Assembly: GCF_009914755.1 (NCBI RefSeq)
Contig: NC_060927.1
Reading direction: 5' to 3' (one strand)
DNA length: 64,000 bases
Source of the DNA: the human T2T-CHM13v2.0 reference genome, Homo sapiens
A program made the position numbers and the translations under genes. This document shows, piece by piece, positions 37,038 to 52,860 of this stretch. Each line of letters opens with the position of its first letter. Position 1 is the stretch's first letter. The notes under the pieces are model-generated. The model saw only the letters and a program-made list of their open reading frames with translations, was not told the origin of the DNA and ran no database searches.

Positions 37038-39869
37038 ATTGCTTAGCAAGTGCCTTCCATGGGCTGTGTGGTGTTGCTGTCCCCACTTTATAGGCAAGGA
37101 AGCTGGGGCTCAGAGAGGCCACAATCGCCACGGCCATATGGGTAGGACTTGGCATAGTTTCAATATGTCTTCTCTGTCCAAAGCCTCTGCCTTTCCTTTG
37201 CATCCCCTTGTCCTTCAACAACTTGCACTATGGCCCTTCCTGCCTCAGTTTCCTCTTCTGTAAAATAAGGGTGCAATCTGGACAGAAGCTCAGTGTTGAA
37301 GGGTTATTTTAGCCCCACCCTCAAGGATCCTTGCTTCTTGGGTCATGCACAGTTCCCAGGGCTTCCCTGCTGCTGCCTTGTGTCTAGCAGAAATGGACAT
37401 CCCAGTTGCAGGTCAAGTCGTGCTTGGCTGGAGGCCGAAGGAAGGAGAAATGCCCTAGAATCAGGAAGGCATGACCTGACCGGAATTCACCTTCTATCTG
37501 TGACATCCACTGCCCACCCTTGGGCTTCTGACTGCGGTGCCTGCCTTCCAAAATTTGTACCTTTTATGTGTTCCATGTTTAGAAATAATTTCCTTAAAAA
37601 ATATTTGTGGAGTTTCTAATGAGGCTAAAACAGTAAAGTCACTAGCAGATCCAGACAAGATAGCCTGTTTGAGGCAGAAAAGTGTTGGGGAAGCTTCACT
37701 TTGGGCTGCAAGAGAGGGAACATGCCGTGGGAATGCTGGGGATGGTGGCCCTGCCTGGGATGGGCCAGCGGCTCTGGACATTGTACTCTGGTTTCAGCCA
37801 AATGCCTCAGCCACATCCCACCATCCTCTCTTGCACTGCCCAACTCTTTCCCTACTGCTGCACTGAAATTCTTGAGGTCTTCTTTGCAGCACTGGCTGCC
37901 TCCAGCCTCCAGGTCCTAACTGGCCTAACTGGCCAACATGACACTGTCCTCTTCTGCCCTCATCCCCCTCATTCTCTCCCACTGTCTGCTCCGTCCCTGT
38001 GGATTACAAGAAGAGGCTTGGAAGAAGAACAAAAAATGATAACAGCAACACCAACATCATTCCTGCTAGGTGCTCAGCACTGCTTTATGCACTTAGCTTG
38101 TTTAATCCTTCACAACGATGCTTTGCACTGGTACTCCAGCCCCGCCATTTATACAGGAGAAGACAGACTAAGTGTGCAGTGATTGGTGTAAGGTCTTATG
38201 GTTAAGGGGTGGCAGGGCCAGCCCTCTCTCATACACAGGCACTCTTAACAGCAACCTAGGCTCACACCCTTCTGTCCAGCAGACCAACTTCTTTGCCGTT
38301 TTTCCTTTCTGGTTTCTACAGTGAGGCACAGGGTTCTTCTGCGGTCAGTATTCTGACCACACACAACAGGTCACTGGCTGGTTGGTGAGGCCTCAGGCTT
38401 CACCTCTGACCATGGAGGGCTGGGGCCTAGGGAGCTGTCTCTGGGAATGAAGTGCTGATGGATGGACGGAGGTCAGTGCTGGGGAGGGATTGGATAGCTG
38501 AGGTCAGGGAACCTGATAACTACAGGCCCCCTCTCTCCCCAGCAGGTTGACTAACCTAGGCTGGGAGTGAGAACTGCCCACGTGGTCCTGGTGCTGAAAG
38601 ACAGTACCCCTGGGGAGGACAAAGCTGGCAGTGGGGATCTGGCTTCCCTGGGAGCTGTCCTCAAGGGCACAGTGCTGATTAGGGAGGTGGAGGTGGGTGT
38701 TAAGGACAACATGTGAAGGAGCTGTCCACACACTGAGGTGCTGACACAGAGCAGGATGTTATTAAGTGCCCCTAGGAACTCTCCAGGACAGCAATGCTGA
38801 CCAATGAAGAGTGGGGTTGGGAAAGCCAAGAGAAAGGTGCAACCCCCTTCCAACACCTAGGGTGCTGGGTGTAGGCGCTGGGGAAGGCACTGGGCCTTTT
38901 CCATGAGTTCTGTGAGCAAGCATGGGGAGCTGACCCCATATTTTAGTGCTGATGCTCAAAGCCTGTTTTTTAGGCTTTTAGGGGGCAGGACTGAGCTAAC
39001 AAAATGATACTGTATAAAAGGTGACTCAGGGTCACTGAAGTGCATGCACTGTGGACCCACTTCAGTCCATCAGTGCCATCTGCCACTGATGCCAGAAATT
39101 CCACCATTAGTGATTCATTCTTTTGTACTGTGCGTGGTCCTTTCCTTCTGATTTCTGCCAGAACTGGGAGCATATTTAAGTGGTAGCATCTCAGTCTGAC
39201 TGAGCTTAGTAAATTATTTCCTCCATGGGGTGAGGGAGGAAAAACTCACCCACAGAGGTGCCAGGGGATGTGTCTAAGTTGGGATATTACTTTTGGATAG
39301 TTGAGTGAGTCCTTTGGGGTCCAGATCAGAGAAACAGGAAGCTAAGGCTTGGAGGAAAGTCTTTCTATGTGTTCCAAGAATGCGGATGCTAGGAAATCTA
39401 GCTATATTGAGAAAGAGGCATTAAAACAGCAGAAAGTAGGACTCTTGGATTCAAAGGAGTGAGGAAATGAGAATGATGCAGGTACCAGCAGGGATTTGCG
39501 TATGTGCATGGGTGGAAGTGTCTTTTAGCTTCTATTTCTCACTACTGTGGCCAGACACTGTTCTACTTCTTCTAGACTAAAGCAGAGGTGCCCCTGGTTT
39601 GGTGACTGTGCACTCATCTTCCACACTTGAGCCCTGGTTATCTCCACCCAGAGTCTCCTTGGCAGAAAGCCAGAGATCTCTGTGAGGCTACTGACTTGGC
39701 CTCAGATCTGAAGGAGGAAAATCAAAAGGCCAGGAAGCCAGAGGAGCAGCTGAGAGCACGTGGGGATAAGCAGAGGTTTGCACTTGGGTCTGCACCCTCC
39801 CTCATGGTAAAGGTGTTCTCTCCTTCCTCTCCTGATAAAGTCTTCTCTGGGTGCGGCTCAAGGACCCCA

Positions 39870-40010
39870 GAACAGGGCTTCTCAAAGTGGTTCCCTGAGG
39901 GCTACCTATGTTGGCATCACTTGAGGGCTGGTTAAAACACAGGTCTGCAGCCCCCACCCTGCAGAGATGAATGAGCGGATGGTGGGGGCTGTGAATTTTA
40001 AATGAGCAGA
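39870..40010. mobile_element. MER5-like hAT-Charlie fragment
   Basis: cagggcttctcaaagtggttcc...gcatcacttgagggctggttaaaacacag...cccaccc. Confidence 0.55.
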
Positions 40011-40819
40011 ACTCCTGTCCTCGTGCTTTGGGGCTCCTGTTCCTCCATCTCTAGGCTTCCTTCCTCTTGTAGCCCACACTTTCCTGGTTTTGGGTTCTAA
40101 AGTCCTGCCTTGCTTTTGTGACTCAGTCTGTGGCTCAAAATAATCTCCAACTCCCTGGCCCTAACCATCCAAATGCCACCTCCTGGTAGGCTAGGCCCTT
40201 GGGTGGCTTCTGGTGAGGACCCCCACTGGCAAACTCCAGGGCCCTTTTCAGTCTTCACGTCCCTGCCCACGGCTGATGGCACCTCCCTTCCTTCTTCCCA
40301 CTCTCCTGTGCTTCTCTGACCATGTCTGCCCAGGCCTCCATGGCTTCTCTGTTTTGGGGTAACTGTAGGTTTCCCCATGGTCCTGCCCTCTTAATGCCTT
40401 GCCTCTCCCTGGGCAATGACACCCATCTGGCATCAACTTTCACCCTAACATGGGTGGTTCCCAGACCGACCTTTCCACCACGGCCTTTCTCCCAAGCTCC
40501 AGAACCGACCTTCTTGTGGTTGCCAAATGTCCCCTCCAAAGGTCCTCCAGGCCCTCAGGCTCTCCTAAGTCTCCTCATTCTTTTGTGACCCTTGTGTTAC
40601 TAAGGGCATCCACAGCACTATCTGGGCCACTCTTGACTCTAATCCTTCCCTCATGTCCAGTCCGGTGACCAGACCCAGGAAGCATCAGCATAAAGGCTCA
40701 GCCTAACTCCTCTTCCTCCCCTCCCCAGGCTCCCAACTCTGGTTTAGGTTCATCCACAGCCCCTCAGCCCCCTGGCTCTCTAGCCTTACATCCTCCTTCA
40801 GTGACCACAGAGTGAAGCT

Positions 40820-41050
40820 GACAGTGACTGCCATTTAGAGTGGCTTCTGCATGTCAGAGGCTGTGTGAGGCTCTGCTCATACCTTATCCCTCAACAACCC
40901 CATGAGGTAGGTATTATTATGCATATTTTACAGATGAGGAGACTGAGGCTCAGAGAGGTAAAATAACATTACGCTCAAGCTCACACAGCTAATGAGGAGT
41001 GGCAGATCTGGGAGTAGAACTGGGCTTTTCTGACTCTGAAGCTGCCACAT
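40820..41050 (-). mobile_element. MIR
   Basis: caacaaccccatgaggtaggtattattat...ttacagatgaggagactgaggctcagagagg. Confidence 0.75.
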
Positions 41051-41170
41051 TATGCTGCCTTTTGGATTTGAGCATGGCTGTCTCTGGATTAAAAATTTTC
41101 ACTGGCTACCAGTGCCTATTTAAGAAAACATATTCGTGACTACAGCTTCCCACATCCCACCTGATTGGCT

Positions 41171-41233
41171 CTGAGCTGGCCTCTCTGGGGTCTGAGCTGG
41201 CCTCCTTGGGGTCCGAGTTGGCCTCTCTGGGGT
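41171..41233. repeat. 3 x 21-bp tandem repeat
   Basis: ctgagctggcctctctggggt / ctgagctggcctccttggggt / ccgagttggcctctctggggt. Confidence 0.9.
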
Positions 41234-44200
41234 CTTGTCTAAGTTAATACCCAGTGTTGGGTCCCACTGAGGGACCTTATGGTCCTTGCCATTTTCTGAA
41301 CAACTAATGCAAGTTCCTGCCTTCCAACTTTTGCATATATGTTCCTTGGATCCAGAATGGTCTACCACCTGCTTTTCCATTAATCCAAACCTCACTCTCC
41401 AAGATCTAGTCCTCATGCCAACTTCTCTGTGAAGTTCTCTCCAATTCCTCTGCTCCAAATTCCAACTCTCTTCCCTCTGCCAGCCCGTCGCGTGTGGCTC
41501 ACTCCTTAAATCCATACTTTGACCCTCCACCCACTGCCTTGGGGTGGGTTTTGCCAGCTTGCCTCCCCAACTAGGCCCTGAGCTCCCCAGGAACAGGGCC
41601 TCTCCAGTCCCCAGCACAGAACAGGCCTCCACCAGGTCTGGTTCCATGACCGAGAAAGCAGTTGGACTATGGAATGACATGGGAAGCGAGGAATATTAGG
41701 GTGACACCTGCCTTTCAAAGCAGAAACTGGCCAACCAGATGGTAGGAATAACTTATGCCAAATGCATTCTTGCTGAGGGCCGGACACGTGCCACACTTTA
41801 TAGGCATCAAACCAGCAAATCCACATATGAACCCCAGGAAGGAGCTTCTATTGGTATCCCCTTTCACAGATGAGCAAATGGAGGCTTTGCAAGGTTAAAG
41901 AGATTGCGCGGGGTCACGTAATTGTTGGATTGGAGCCCAGGCAGGCTGCTTTCAGAGCCCCTGCTCTGGATCACAGTGTTACACAGTGGCCCCTCAGGCA
42001 GTGGAACACACTGCAGCATGTGGGTCAGGAGTGGGGAGATGTCCTAGTCCTCTGGGCTACTCTGGCCAGGCCGGTGTCTTCTGCCACACCCAGTGCTGGG
42101 TCCCACTGAGGATCCTTATGGTCCAGCCTTTGTACTTTTCTCCTTTGCCTATTCTCCATTCGTCCCTGAAACCTGGAGGTCAGGGCCAGGACACTCTGAT
42201 CTGCCAGGAGGCAGCCCTTGGGCCCAGTCCCAGGGACCAGGTGGGGTGTGGGGGGGCACATGCCGCTGCCTACCTCAAACTCATCCTCTGCGTCCGCTCT
42301 CCTGGCCCCAGAGCTGCCCCACTGGCAGCCCCAAGCCCCAGACCCCAGACCCCAGACCCTGGAACCCCATGCCCTGTGCGCATGCTGATTAGTGACCATC
42401 CTGGCTGAAGTGTGACCATGGGGGGGCCTGACTAGCTCTGTAGCTCTTCCCCTGACTTGGCATGTCTGTCCCTGGCCACTGCGGAGACGAACAGAATCCA
42501 CCCGGCACCTTGAACAGATGGTGCCACTTCTAAAAATAATGCCGCACCACACTCCCCAGCGCAGCCGAGTCCTCGCGACAGAAGGGGGTGCGGGTGGGGG
42601 TGGGGGCTGCTAGCTGTGCTCACCAGCCATCTGCGCGGGGACAGATGCGAATGCAGCCTCCCAGGGGACACAGGCCCAGGGGACCCTAGCCTTGATGAAG
42701 CTGCACAGAGCCAAGGGTTTGATGCTGAGGCTCCAAGCCCCCCAAATAAAAGCAAGCCAGGACACGGCAGGGTATAGCTTGGCTCCCTCCATTCCCACAG
42801 TCTATGGCCCCCACAGCAGCCCTAGCTCCACACCATAGCATGACCAAGATTGCTATCTGGAATGCCCTCTCCTCTCTTCTCTGCCTGTTACCACCTTATC
42901 CATCTCAGGGTCCCTAGATCTGCAACCCCCAGTGCAGTCTCCTCCTGGGAACTTCCTCCATCCCCAGAAGCCTCTACCTTCCATGGAAACCACTTAAGTC
43001 GTTCTCTGGCCTTAGTTGTCACTTCTCTGAAATGGAGACAATCACAGCCCCTCCCTCCCAGGGTTGTTGGGAGGAAAATGTGAGTTAATGCAGGGCACAG
43101 GGCTCAGCCCAGAGCCTAGCCAGCGAGAGAAACTAGAAACTGGGATGACAGTGATTTCTAGATGGGGAAATGGAGGCCCTCAGGTGGAAGGCTCTGGTGC
43201 AAGGCCATGGAGCAGGTGCTGGCAGAGCTGGGCTCAGGCCCAAGGCCAGTCAGAGGACTCACCTTCCTAAGCCTGCCACCCACCTCTACTCCAGGGATGG
43301 ATGCTCCAGGAATGTGTCCCACCTTCATCCTTGGGCCAAATTTTCCCTGAGTGCCAGGCCCTTCTCCAATCTTGGGCTGCTCTGGGGAGGCCTAAGGGAT
43401 ACCTTGAAGATACCCTGTCCTCATGACTTGCCAAGAACCAGCCCCAAGCCTCCTCTCCCCTGAGCCCTGGTGTGACTCCTTCAGCTTCTCAAGTAGGTTC
43501 AAGTCCTGCCCAGATCCCTCAGCCAGAATGTTTAAGAGTTCAAGTGCCAAAGTGCTTTCAAGGCTCCAGGAGACCCCAAACCTCAGACTCTGGAGGTATT
43601 CATGTCCAGCAGCCTCTCCTTGTCCCCAGCAATCAGCAATGGCCCTGCCAAGCTCTGCTCCCTTCTGCTTTCTCAGCCTTGCAGTTGCCTTCTTTCTCTG
43701 AAGCCCTGGGTCTGATGACAGGCAACTTGGCAGAGAAAGAGTGGGAGGTGCTGTTTGCTTCCCTCTTTCCCAGTGGGGCACAGCCCCAGCTCCTCCAGTA
43801 CCATCCTTCTGCATTTCAAAATTCTCCTGAATCCCAGGCCTCATGTCATGCTGCCTCTAGGATCTGTCCTCTGTGAGACATGATCTAGGAGAGTTTAGGT
43901 TTTGGGTTTAAGATGTGGTTGGAACCTAGGTTCAAATCTTCAAGTCAAAGGATCTTTCTCCAGCCCACCATACTTACTCCCTGCCCCTGTAGATATTTTT
44001 GTCCTGAGACCTCCTGCTTTGTAACATTCAAATCAGGTCTTCACTACTTCTGACTCCTTGTTATAAGGGACTGACAAGGCCGGAGCTGCCACCTCTGTTT
44101 CTTTCTCCAGGTTTGGGCCTGCTACGAAATGGGTGCTAGGTTGGGGGGCGTGTGCAGGTGTGTGCATCTCTAGTGGCTGACCCAGATCCTGATGGCACCA

Positions 44201-47200
44201 GGCCTGCACTGAGTTGGTCCCTAACCACCAGGTCCTTTACTGTGATGGTACCGCAGGAAGAAGAGACACTTCTAGAACAGAGGCCACCAAAAGGGAACAG
44301 TGTTTACAAAGCTCAGAAGAGGCCCTGACTCCCCAAACCTGCTTGAATCCAGAGATCAGGAGGGACCTCAAAGGTCAACATCCCTGTGATGCCTAAGCCC
44401 TTTACAGCATCTCTGTTAAGCCCTGCTTGTGTTTGCATGCCCCCCTTGACAGGGAGTTCACTCTCTTTGTCCAGGATAGTCTGTGTCAATGCTGGTGGTC
44501 ACAAAGCTTTTTAGGTTGAGCTGAGATTTTCTTCATGCTAACAATTTTTGTTGTTGTATATTTACTGAGTGTTTTATGACCTACTATCAGTGCAGCACAG
44601 AATAGTCCTGCTCCCTCTTGTCCACTGAAGTTCATGTCTACGTGTGCATGCATAGATGCGTGTCTGTGCAGGCCAGGATGTGTGTGGTTGTGTATAAGCT
44701 AGCCTGCACACGTCTGAGTGGGCTGGGTGTTGAGGTGTGCAGAAAGCATGTGCATTTCGGAAATAAGACTCTGTCTAGACTATGTGTGTGTGGTGGGGTG
44801 TGAGGAAGCAATTAGGCCGAACAGTTTTACTACCTGGAGTGGGGGTCTTAGTGTCTCAGTTTGGAAGGTGGATGGGTAGCAAAAAAGGGGGCACCCATGA
44901 AGACTCCAGAAGAGAATAAAAGGCTAACCTATAGCAGAAACTTCATCACTGCCTCTGGAGCTGTCTGCAGGGTGGCCCCTGAACCCCCAAACCATGCCAA
45001 CAGATGACTTTAGCTTGCAGGAAAATCTGCCATTCAGGTTTACCCTGAACCCAATGACAGAACAACAAAATGGAATTATATGAGTGTTCATTAGATGCTT
45101 TTCAGTTTTAAGCTCAAAAGGATCCGTTGACCATTTCCATTTCACAAGTAAGAAAACTAAGGCTAGAGATATCAGGGGCCTGCATTGCATCCCAGAGATA
45201 GCGACATCTCCAGGGGTGACCGTGCAGCTCACAATCATGAGCAGAGCATGCGGCCCCACAGCTGGTCACACCCACCATGGGTGGGTAGGCATTGGGCAAG
45301 CCTGGTAATGAAGTCTGCCATTAGCTGCTCCTGCTCCACCTTCTTCTCTTTTTGGCCTCAGTTTCCCCACCTGAAAACTAAAGAGGTTGGGCTAGATGGC
45401 TTCTAAGAGACTTCTACATGCTGACTTGTGATAAGTCTTTGACACTGGATTGGAGCCCAGGGGAGGGGCCTCTCTGGTCATGACACCCTCAACCTCTACT
45501 TTGATGGGGTTGTCTGTGTCCTTGGATCAGACAGAGTAATATTCTGGCCACTGAAACATCTACATGGGGAAATTTTCTTGTTTTAATAATAAAAAACCAA
45601 CTCAGAGCTGCCTTGTGGACCACTGGTTATGCCTTAGCACAGGCTATTCCCTGCCTTCTGCTTCTCTGCTTGGTGGACTCCTATTCACCCTTGAGAGCCC
45701 CGCTCCAGGGGCCCCTTCCTGAGTAAATCCTATGCTAACCCCACTCTCCGGGCAGTCAGCTGATCCCTCCATGGGGCTTGACCGCTCATGCCCTTTAGGG
45801 TCCAACCATTTTTGAGTTCCCAGCACACCTGGCAGACACAGTTGGCACATGGCAAAAGCTAGCTGAGTGGGCACGTGGAAAAGTGGCCACGGAAACTTGT
45901 GGCTGGACCCCAGAAACTGGGAAAGAACAAGATTTCCTGGGTCAGGACTCATCCCCTCCTTCCACGCTTATGTTTGAATAAAAAGGCAGAGGACATGCAC
46001 TGGGCACCTGCTGTGTACCGAGCCCCAGCCTACAGGTAGGATACCGTTACTGAACCGGAGGAAACGAGGTAACATTTTTGGCGGGGAGATGGCCAATGTT
46101 GTAATGGCATTGGAGGAGCAGCGGCAGTCACAGAGATGAGCGTGAGAGCAGCAAAGTTTTATAACCACCCCCTGCTGCTCCTTGTCTCCACCTTTTCCCC
46201 AGGCAGTATCTCAATAATCCCGCTCTCCCCTGATCCCAGGAAGGTACCCTTATTTAAGCCGAGGTGCAGGGAGGTGGGATGACTGGCCAAGGTCACAGAG
46301 CCAGGGAATGGCCCGACCAGGATTTGCATTAGGCCCTGAGTCCCAAGGCTGTGCACATGACCTCGACACTCAATAGGCTCCTGGATCTGGAAGGAGCACT
46401 AATGGGGCTGCCCCTTGGTGGAGATGCCAGGGAAGTGGGAGGCGGGGTTCTGGGGGAGATGGAAAGACAGGGCCACCCTGCTCCCCTCCTCTCTGCCCAG
46501 TGTCCATGTGGGCTGTGGGACAGACAGGAGGATGCTTTCAGGGTACCCCCAGCTTCAGCATCCACTAAGGGAACTCCTGGTGGGGCTGACAGGTGCGAGG
46601 CCAGGGCCCTTAGTGGGGCACAGTACAGGGGCCATGGCTGGCCCAGCGGGCTGGGTGTGAGGGGTGGGAAGCAGATGGCAGCCCCTTCCTGTTTGGAAGA
46701 AGTCAAGGATGAAATTTTGGCACCATCAGCCTGGCCGCATCACCTGCTGTTAGGAACGGCCCTGGGCCAGAGGGCTGGCGGCTACCCAATGTTGATTTGC
46801 TGACGCATGGCAGGCCCCAGGGAGGAGCGGCCACCAGCCCAGCCCTCTCCTACAGCACTGTTATCTTGCTATAAATAATTACTGTTATTTGAGGGAGTTC
46901 ATCATAGTGCAGCCTCCTTTGTCTCACCTGTAACCCTGGAAAGTGGGAGCAAGGTGCCCATTTTACAGATGAGGGGTCTGTGGCTCCAAGGGGACAAGTG
47001 ACCTGCTTGATACAGGTCACTCAGACGGTGCTGGGACCAGGGTGAGGCCAGTGAGGCGCTGAAGGAGTGAAATGAAAGGCAGGTCTCGTCTTGGGTTCCT
47101 ATCAGTGCCAAGTCCTGCTTCCTCTGCCATCTGTCTGCCTTGCCATTTAAGTCAGCCTGACGTACTCATGGGCCCACTTGCTCCACCCCACCCCAATCAA

Positions 47201-47529
47201 AGGGCAGAGACTGAAAACTGACAAAGAGATTTCAAACACACTTCGGTAGTTTTGTGGATGATGAAGCCGTTAAGAGAGCCTGAGGAATACCTGGAGCTAT
47301 AAAAGGTGTTCAAAGCTAACGTCTCCACACGAGCTGAGTAATGAATTTCAGGGCAAATTGTTCATTTCTTATTTCCACTCATCTCGCAAACTTTTGCTGT
47401 GGATCGACTTCGATGTGTAATGCAGTGTGGATGGAGAGGAACCAGATACAGCCCTTGTCCTCAGAAAGCCTGGTACTGCTCCCTCCTAACTTGGCATGGG
47501 GCCTGCACATGATAACAACTGAATAAAAT

Positions 47530-47725
47530 TAATGATAATAAGCTAACATTTATGGAGCATTCTCTATGTGCCAAGCCCTGCAAGAGGCACTTTTTACACG
47601 TCATCTCATCCGATCCACATCACATCCCTATGAGGCAGGTATTCTTATTATCTCTATTTTATAGAAAAGAAAACTAAGGCAAGTAACTTGCCCAAGGTCA
47701 CTCAGAACACAGCGGAGCTGGGATG
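47530..47725 (-). mobile_element. MIR
   Basis: ataaagctaacatttatggagca...ctatgaggcaggtattcttattatc...gtaacttgcccaaggtcac. Confidence 0.75.
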
Positions 47726-48529
47726 GATACTCAATACAGCATTTGTTAGGTGAAGGAATGAAAATACAAGAGGTCATGCAGGGAGGCTAGGTAAATATAA
47801 GGGTGATATGATTTGTTAAGCGTGGCTCAGGGCCCGTGCAAAGAGCCCTGGAAGCTCCAGAAGCCAGCGTCAGGCCCCCTGAGGGGGTCAGGGAATTCTC
47901 CATGCTTTTGGGCACACTTAGGCTGCAGACTTCCAGGAAGAGGGTGATGGTGACAGCAGCTGTATCAGATAGCAGTGCAAGGAGACTCCAGTTTCTCTCT
48001 CTGAGCCTGACCACGTGCTCCATCTACAAAAATATCCCAGGCCAGCAGCCCCTTTCACCCTGAGAAAGTGGGTTCCAAGAGAGGGTGGACTTGAGCAGGT
48101 ATGAGAGGAGGGGCAGTCCTTCCTGGGCTAGCCAGGCAAAGATCTGCCCTAAGCCCTCTTGCTCCCTCCAGCCTTTGGGGAGAGGGCTGCTGATGGACAC
48201 CCTGACACCCAAGCCTCCCAGCTCGCGCCTTGGTTGCCTGGCAACCACGCAGGATGTCACTCACACCAAGCTCAGATTTCAGGAGCCCAGACCCAGGTGA
48301 GGGTGTCAGTATATAATAATAGAACAGCGCAGCCCCCGTGGGGGCTGCTTAAGATAGGCAGATCTCAGCGCTGGGCAGGGCCTGAGTGGTCCTGTGGTCA
48401 TTTTGCAGATGGGAAAACAGACCTGGGAGGGAAAAGGAATCACTTGAAGTGACCCAGGGAGTTATCAAGGAAGGCAGGGCTGTCTCTGACGAGGAGGTTG
48501 AAATAGAAATAGCAGTTCGGAAAGTGACA

Positions 48530-48780
48530 ACAATGACAAGTATAGCTGCTACCTTCAGGACCCGGGGCTATGCACCTTCTGCCACTGTTGCCCATCTCAC
48601 CCTCAAACAACACAGGTGTAGGTGTTGTTTTCATGCCCATTATATAGATGGGGAAACTGAGGCTCAGAGAGATTGAGCAACCTGCTTAAGATCACCTAGC
48701 TGGTGAATGGCAGAGGTCAGATCTGAACCCAGGCCAGTGTGATTCCAAAGTCTGTGAGCTTCACCCTGAGCCACACTGTC
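48530..48780 (-). mobile_element. MIR
   Basis: agatggggaaactgaggctcagagaga...aagatcacctagctggtgaatggcagag...tgaacccaggc. Confidence 0.7.
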
Positions 48781-49694
48781 CCCAGGGACTAATGAGTTAA
48801 GTACAGGACTGAGGGACCTGCCTCCCAGCTGGTTGACTTTGATCTCCTCAGTAACACTGGGGCAGGGGGTGAGGGGTATGCTGGGCTCAAGAGGGTTAAA
48901 TGGTGGTCCCAGGATGAGCTAAGCAATAGGTGAGGATGAAGGATTTCCTGTGTCTCTCTGACTTCAAGGTCTGGGCCTGACCCACTGTGCCAAGTTCACT
49001 GGCAGAGTCCTGGGGTTGTGCCCCTCTGCCAGGCCTCGGGGCATCTCTGCCTCAGCTTCCTCCAGCGTGGTGAGATTTCCAGGGGACAGGACCCCACTTC
49101 CCAGCCCCCAAGAGAGTCAGCAAGCCCCAGCACAGAGCAGTGACCTTTGATTCCAGGCCACTGGACCTGTCCCTCAGTTCCCCCACCCCCATGTCTCGTA
49201 ACCTGAGACAGGGACATGCAGGTTGCTATGGCGACAGCACATCGGATACTGACCTGGGACCCACTGACAGCACGGGGGACAACAGGCCTTGCCTCAGAGC
49301 GATGGCTGGAGGGGTGGAGAACGGGGGGCCTGGGGGGCCCTGCGGCAGCCCTGGTTGTTCTCTGGGCCAGGCCAGGCACAAGCTGCTATTTATAATTCTG
49401 CTGAATGGGCCCAATAACCCGATCCGCAGTCCGACCTGCCCAGTCCAACTTGCCCGGGAAGCACAGCAGCCACACGCAGCAGGGAACCCGCTCAGAAGCC
49501 TCCTCCCTGCCCCCAGCACAGTGTCTCCAGCGCGCGGCTGTGAGGGTGCGGGTGAAGGCCAGGGTGCAGGAGACCCCCTCCCTGCCATTAGCCTCAGCAC
49601 ACACCCCTTCGGGCCAATCCCACCCTCTTCCCTGTGTTCCAGGCCACGGGAGTCTACAGCTTGGACTTTGGTTTTAAAAGGGGTTCAGGAAACC

Positions 49695-49773
49695 TGTGTG
49701 TGTGTGTGTGTGTGTGTGTTTGTGTGCGTGCACGTGTGCGTGCGTGTGCATGTGCAGATGTGTGTGTGTGTGT
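49695..49773. repeat. Compound (TG)n microsatellite followed by a GA-rich purine tract to ~49935
   Basis: Directly visible. Confidence 0.9.
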
Positions 49774-49969
49774 TCTAGGAAGCCTCTTACTGGAGGGAGT
49801 TGAGCAGAGGGAGGGTACGGGAGGAGGGGAAAGAGAAAGGAAAGACACAGTCAGGCAGAGAGGAACTTGAGAGGCTAGGAGTGGGAGGAGAGGGAGGGAG
49901 GAAAGGAGGCGGAAGAGGGAGAGGGGAGAGAAACAGAGACTGACTTCAAAAGAGAAATCGATATTACCA

Positions 49970-50130
49970 TAAAAAATGATAGGCAAGGAAGGTGACGAAT
50001 ATGTTAATTAGTGTGATTTGATCATGCCACATTGTGTGTGTCTGTATACATCAAAGCATCATATTGTCCCCCATAAATGTATACAATTATGATTCATTAA
50101 TTTAAAAAAATTAATAATAATTTTCTTTTA
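49970..50130 (+). mobile_element. L1MA-type 3' end
   Basis: ggtgacgaatatgttaattag...catcatattgtcccccataaatgtatacaattat plus A-rich tail. Confidence 0.75.
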
Positions 50131-50143
50131 AAAAAATAGATAC

Positions 50144-50915
<772 letters not shown>

Positions 50916-51569
50916 TCAAAATATTCTCTCAAGGAAACTGTCTCCCCGAAATCCAATGTCACTTCTGGGAGGCCTCCCCTGATTCTCCCAGAATTAATTC
51001 TCTGCCTGGTTTCTACCTTCTGTACAGTGGATCCTGGGGAACTACAGACAGGTAAACATCTCCCACCAGACTGTGAGCAGGGGTTGGTTCAGGTTCCCCG
51101 GGTATCCCCAGCACCAAGTGCAATGTCAGACACACATAAGTTGCTTAAGTGACAACCCTACAGTAGCAGTGTCGGCTAATGTTTATTTCACAAGAACTTG
51201 ATGTGCACTGCCTCATTTATCATCTCAGTAGCCCCAGTTGTAGGATCTTCAGCAGGTCCCATTTTACAAAGGAGGAAACTGAGGACCCATGTTGGTAAGT
51301 TGTTGAACCAAGATCTGATCTAAGCCTGTCTGATTTCAGAGCCCATTTACATGACCACCAGGCATACAGCCTTCCCTGTACTAATGATCATCTCCATGTC
51401 TGTGTCTCTGCTCAGGAACCTTCTGTGGCTCCCCAGTGCCCCTAAGATTAAATCCAGACATCTGGCCTGATGCTGGTTCCTTTCCTCTATTTGCATTGTC
51501 CTTTCAGGTCTCACTCTCTCTTGCCCAATCTCCTACTTCTAGGTCCCCTTCTCTTATTCTCTGATTTGT

Positions 51570-52860
<1,291 letters not shown>

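Noticed and set aside
38575-38600. Second RE1 candidate (ggtgctgaa half-site); also ~49265-49285
   Set aside because: Other half-site mis-spaced or mismatched in the core.
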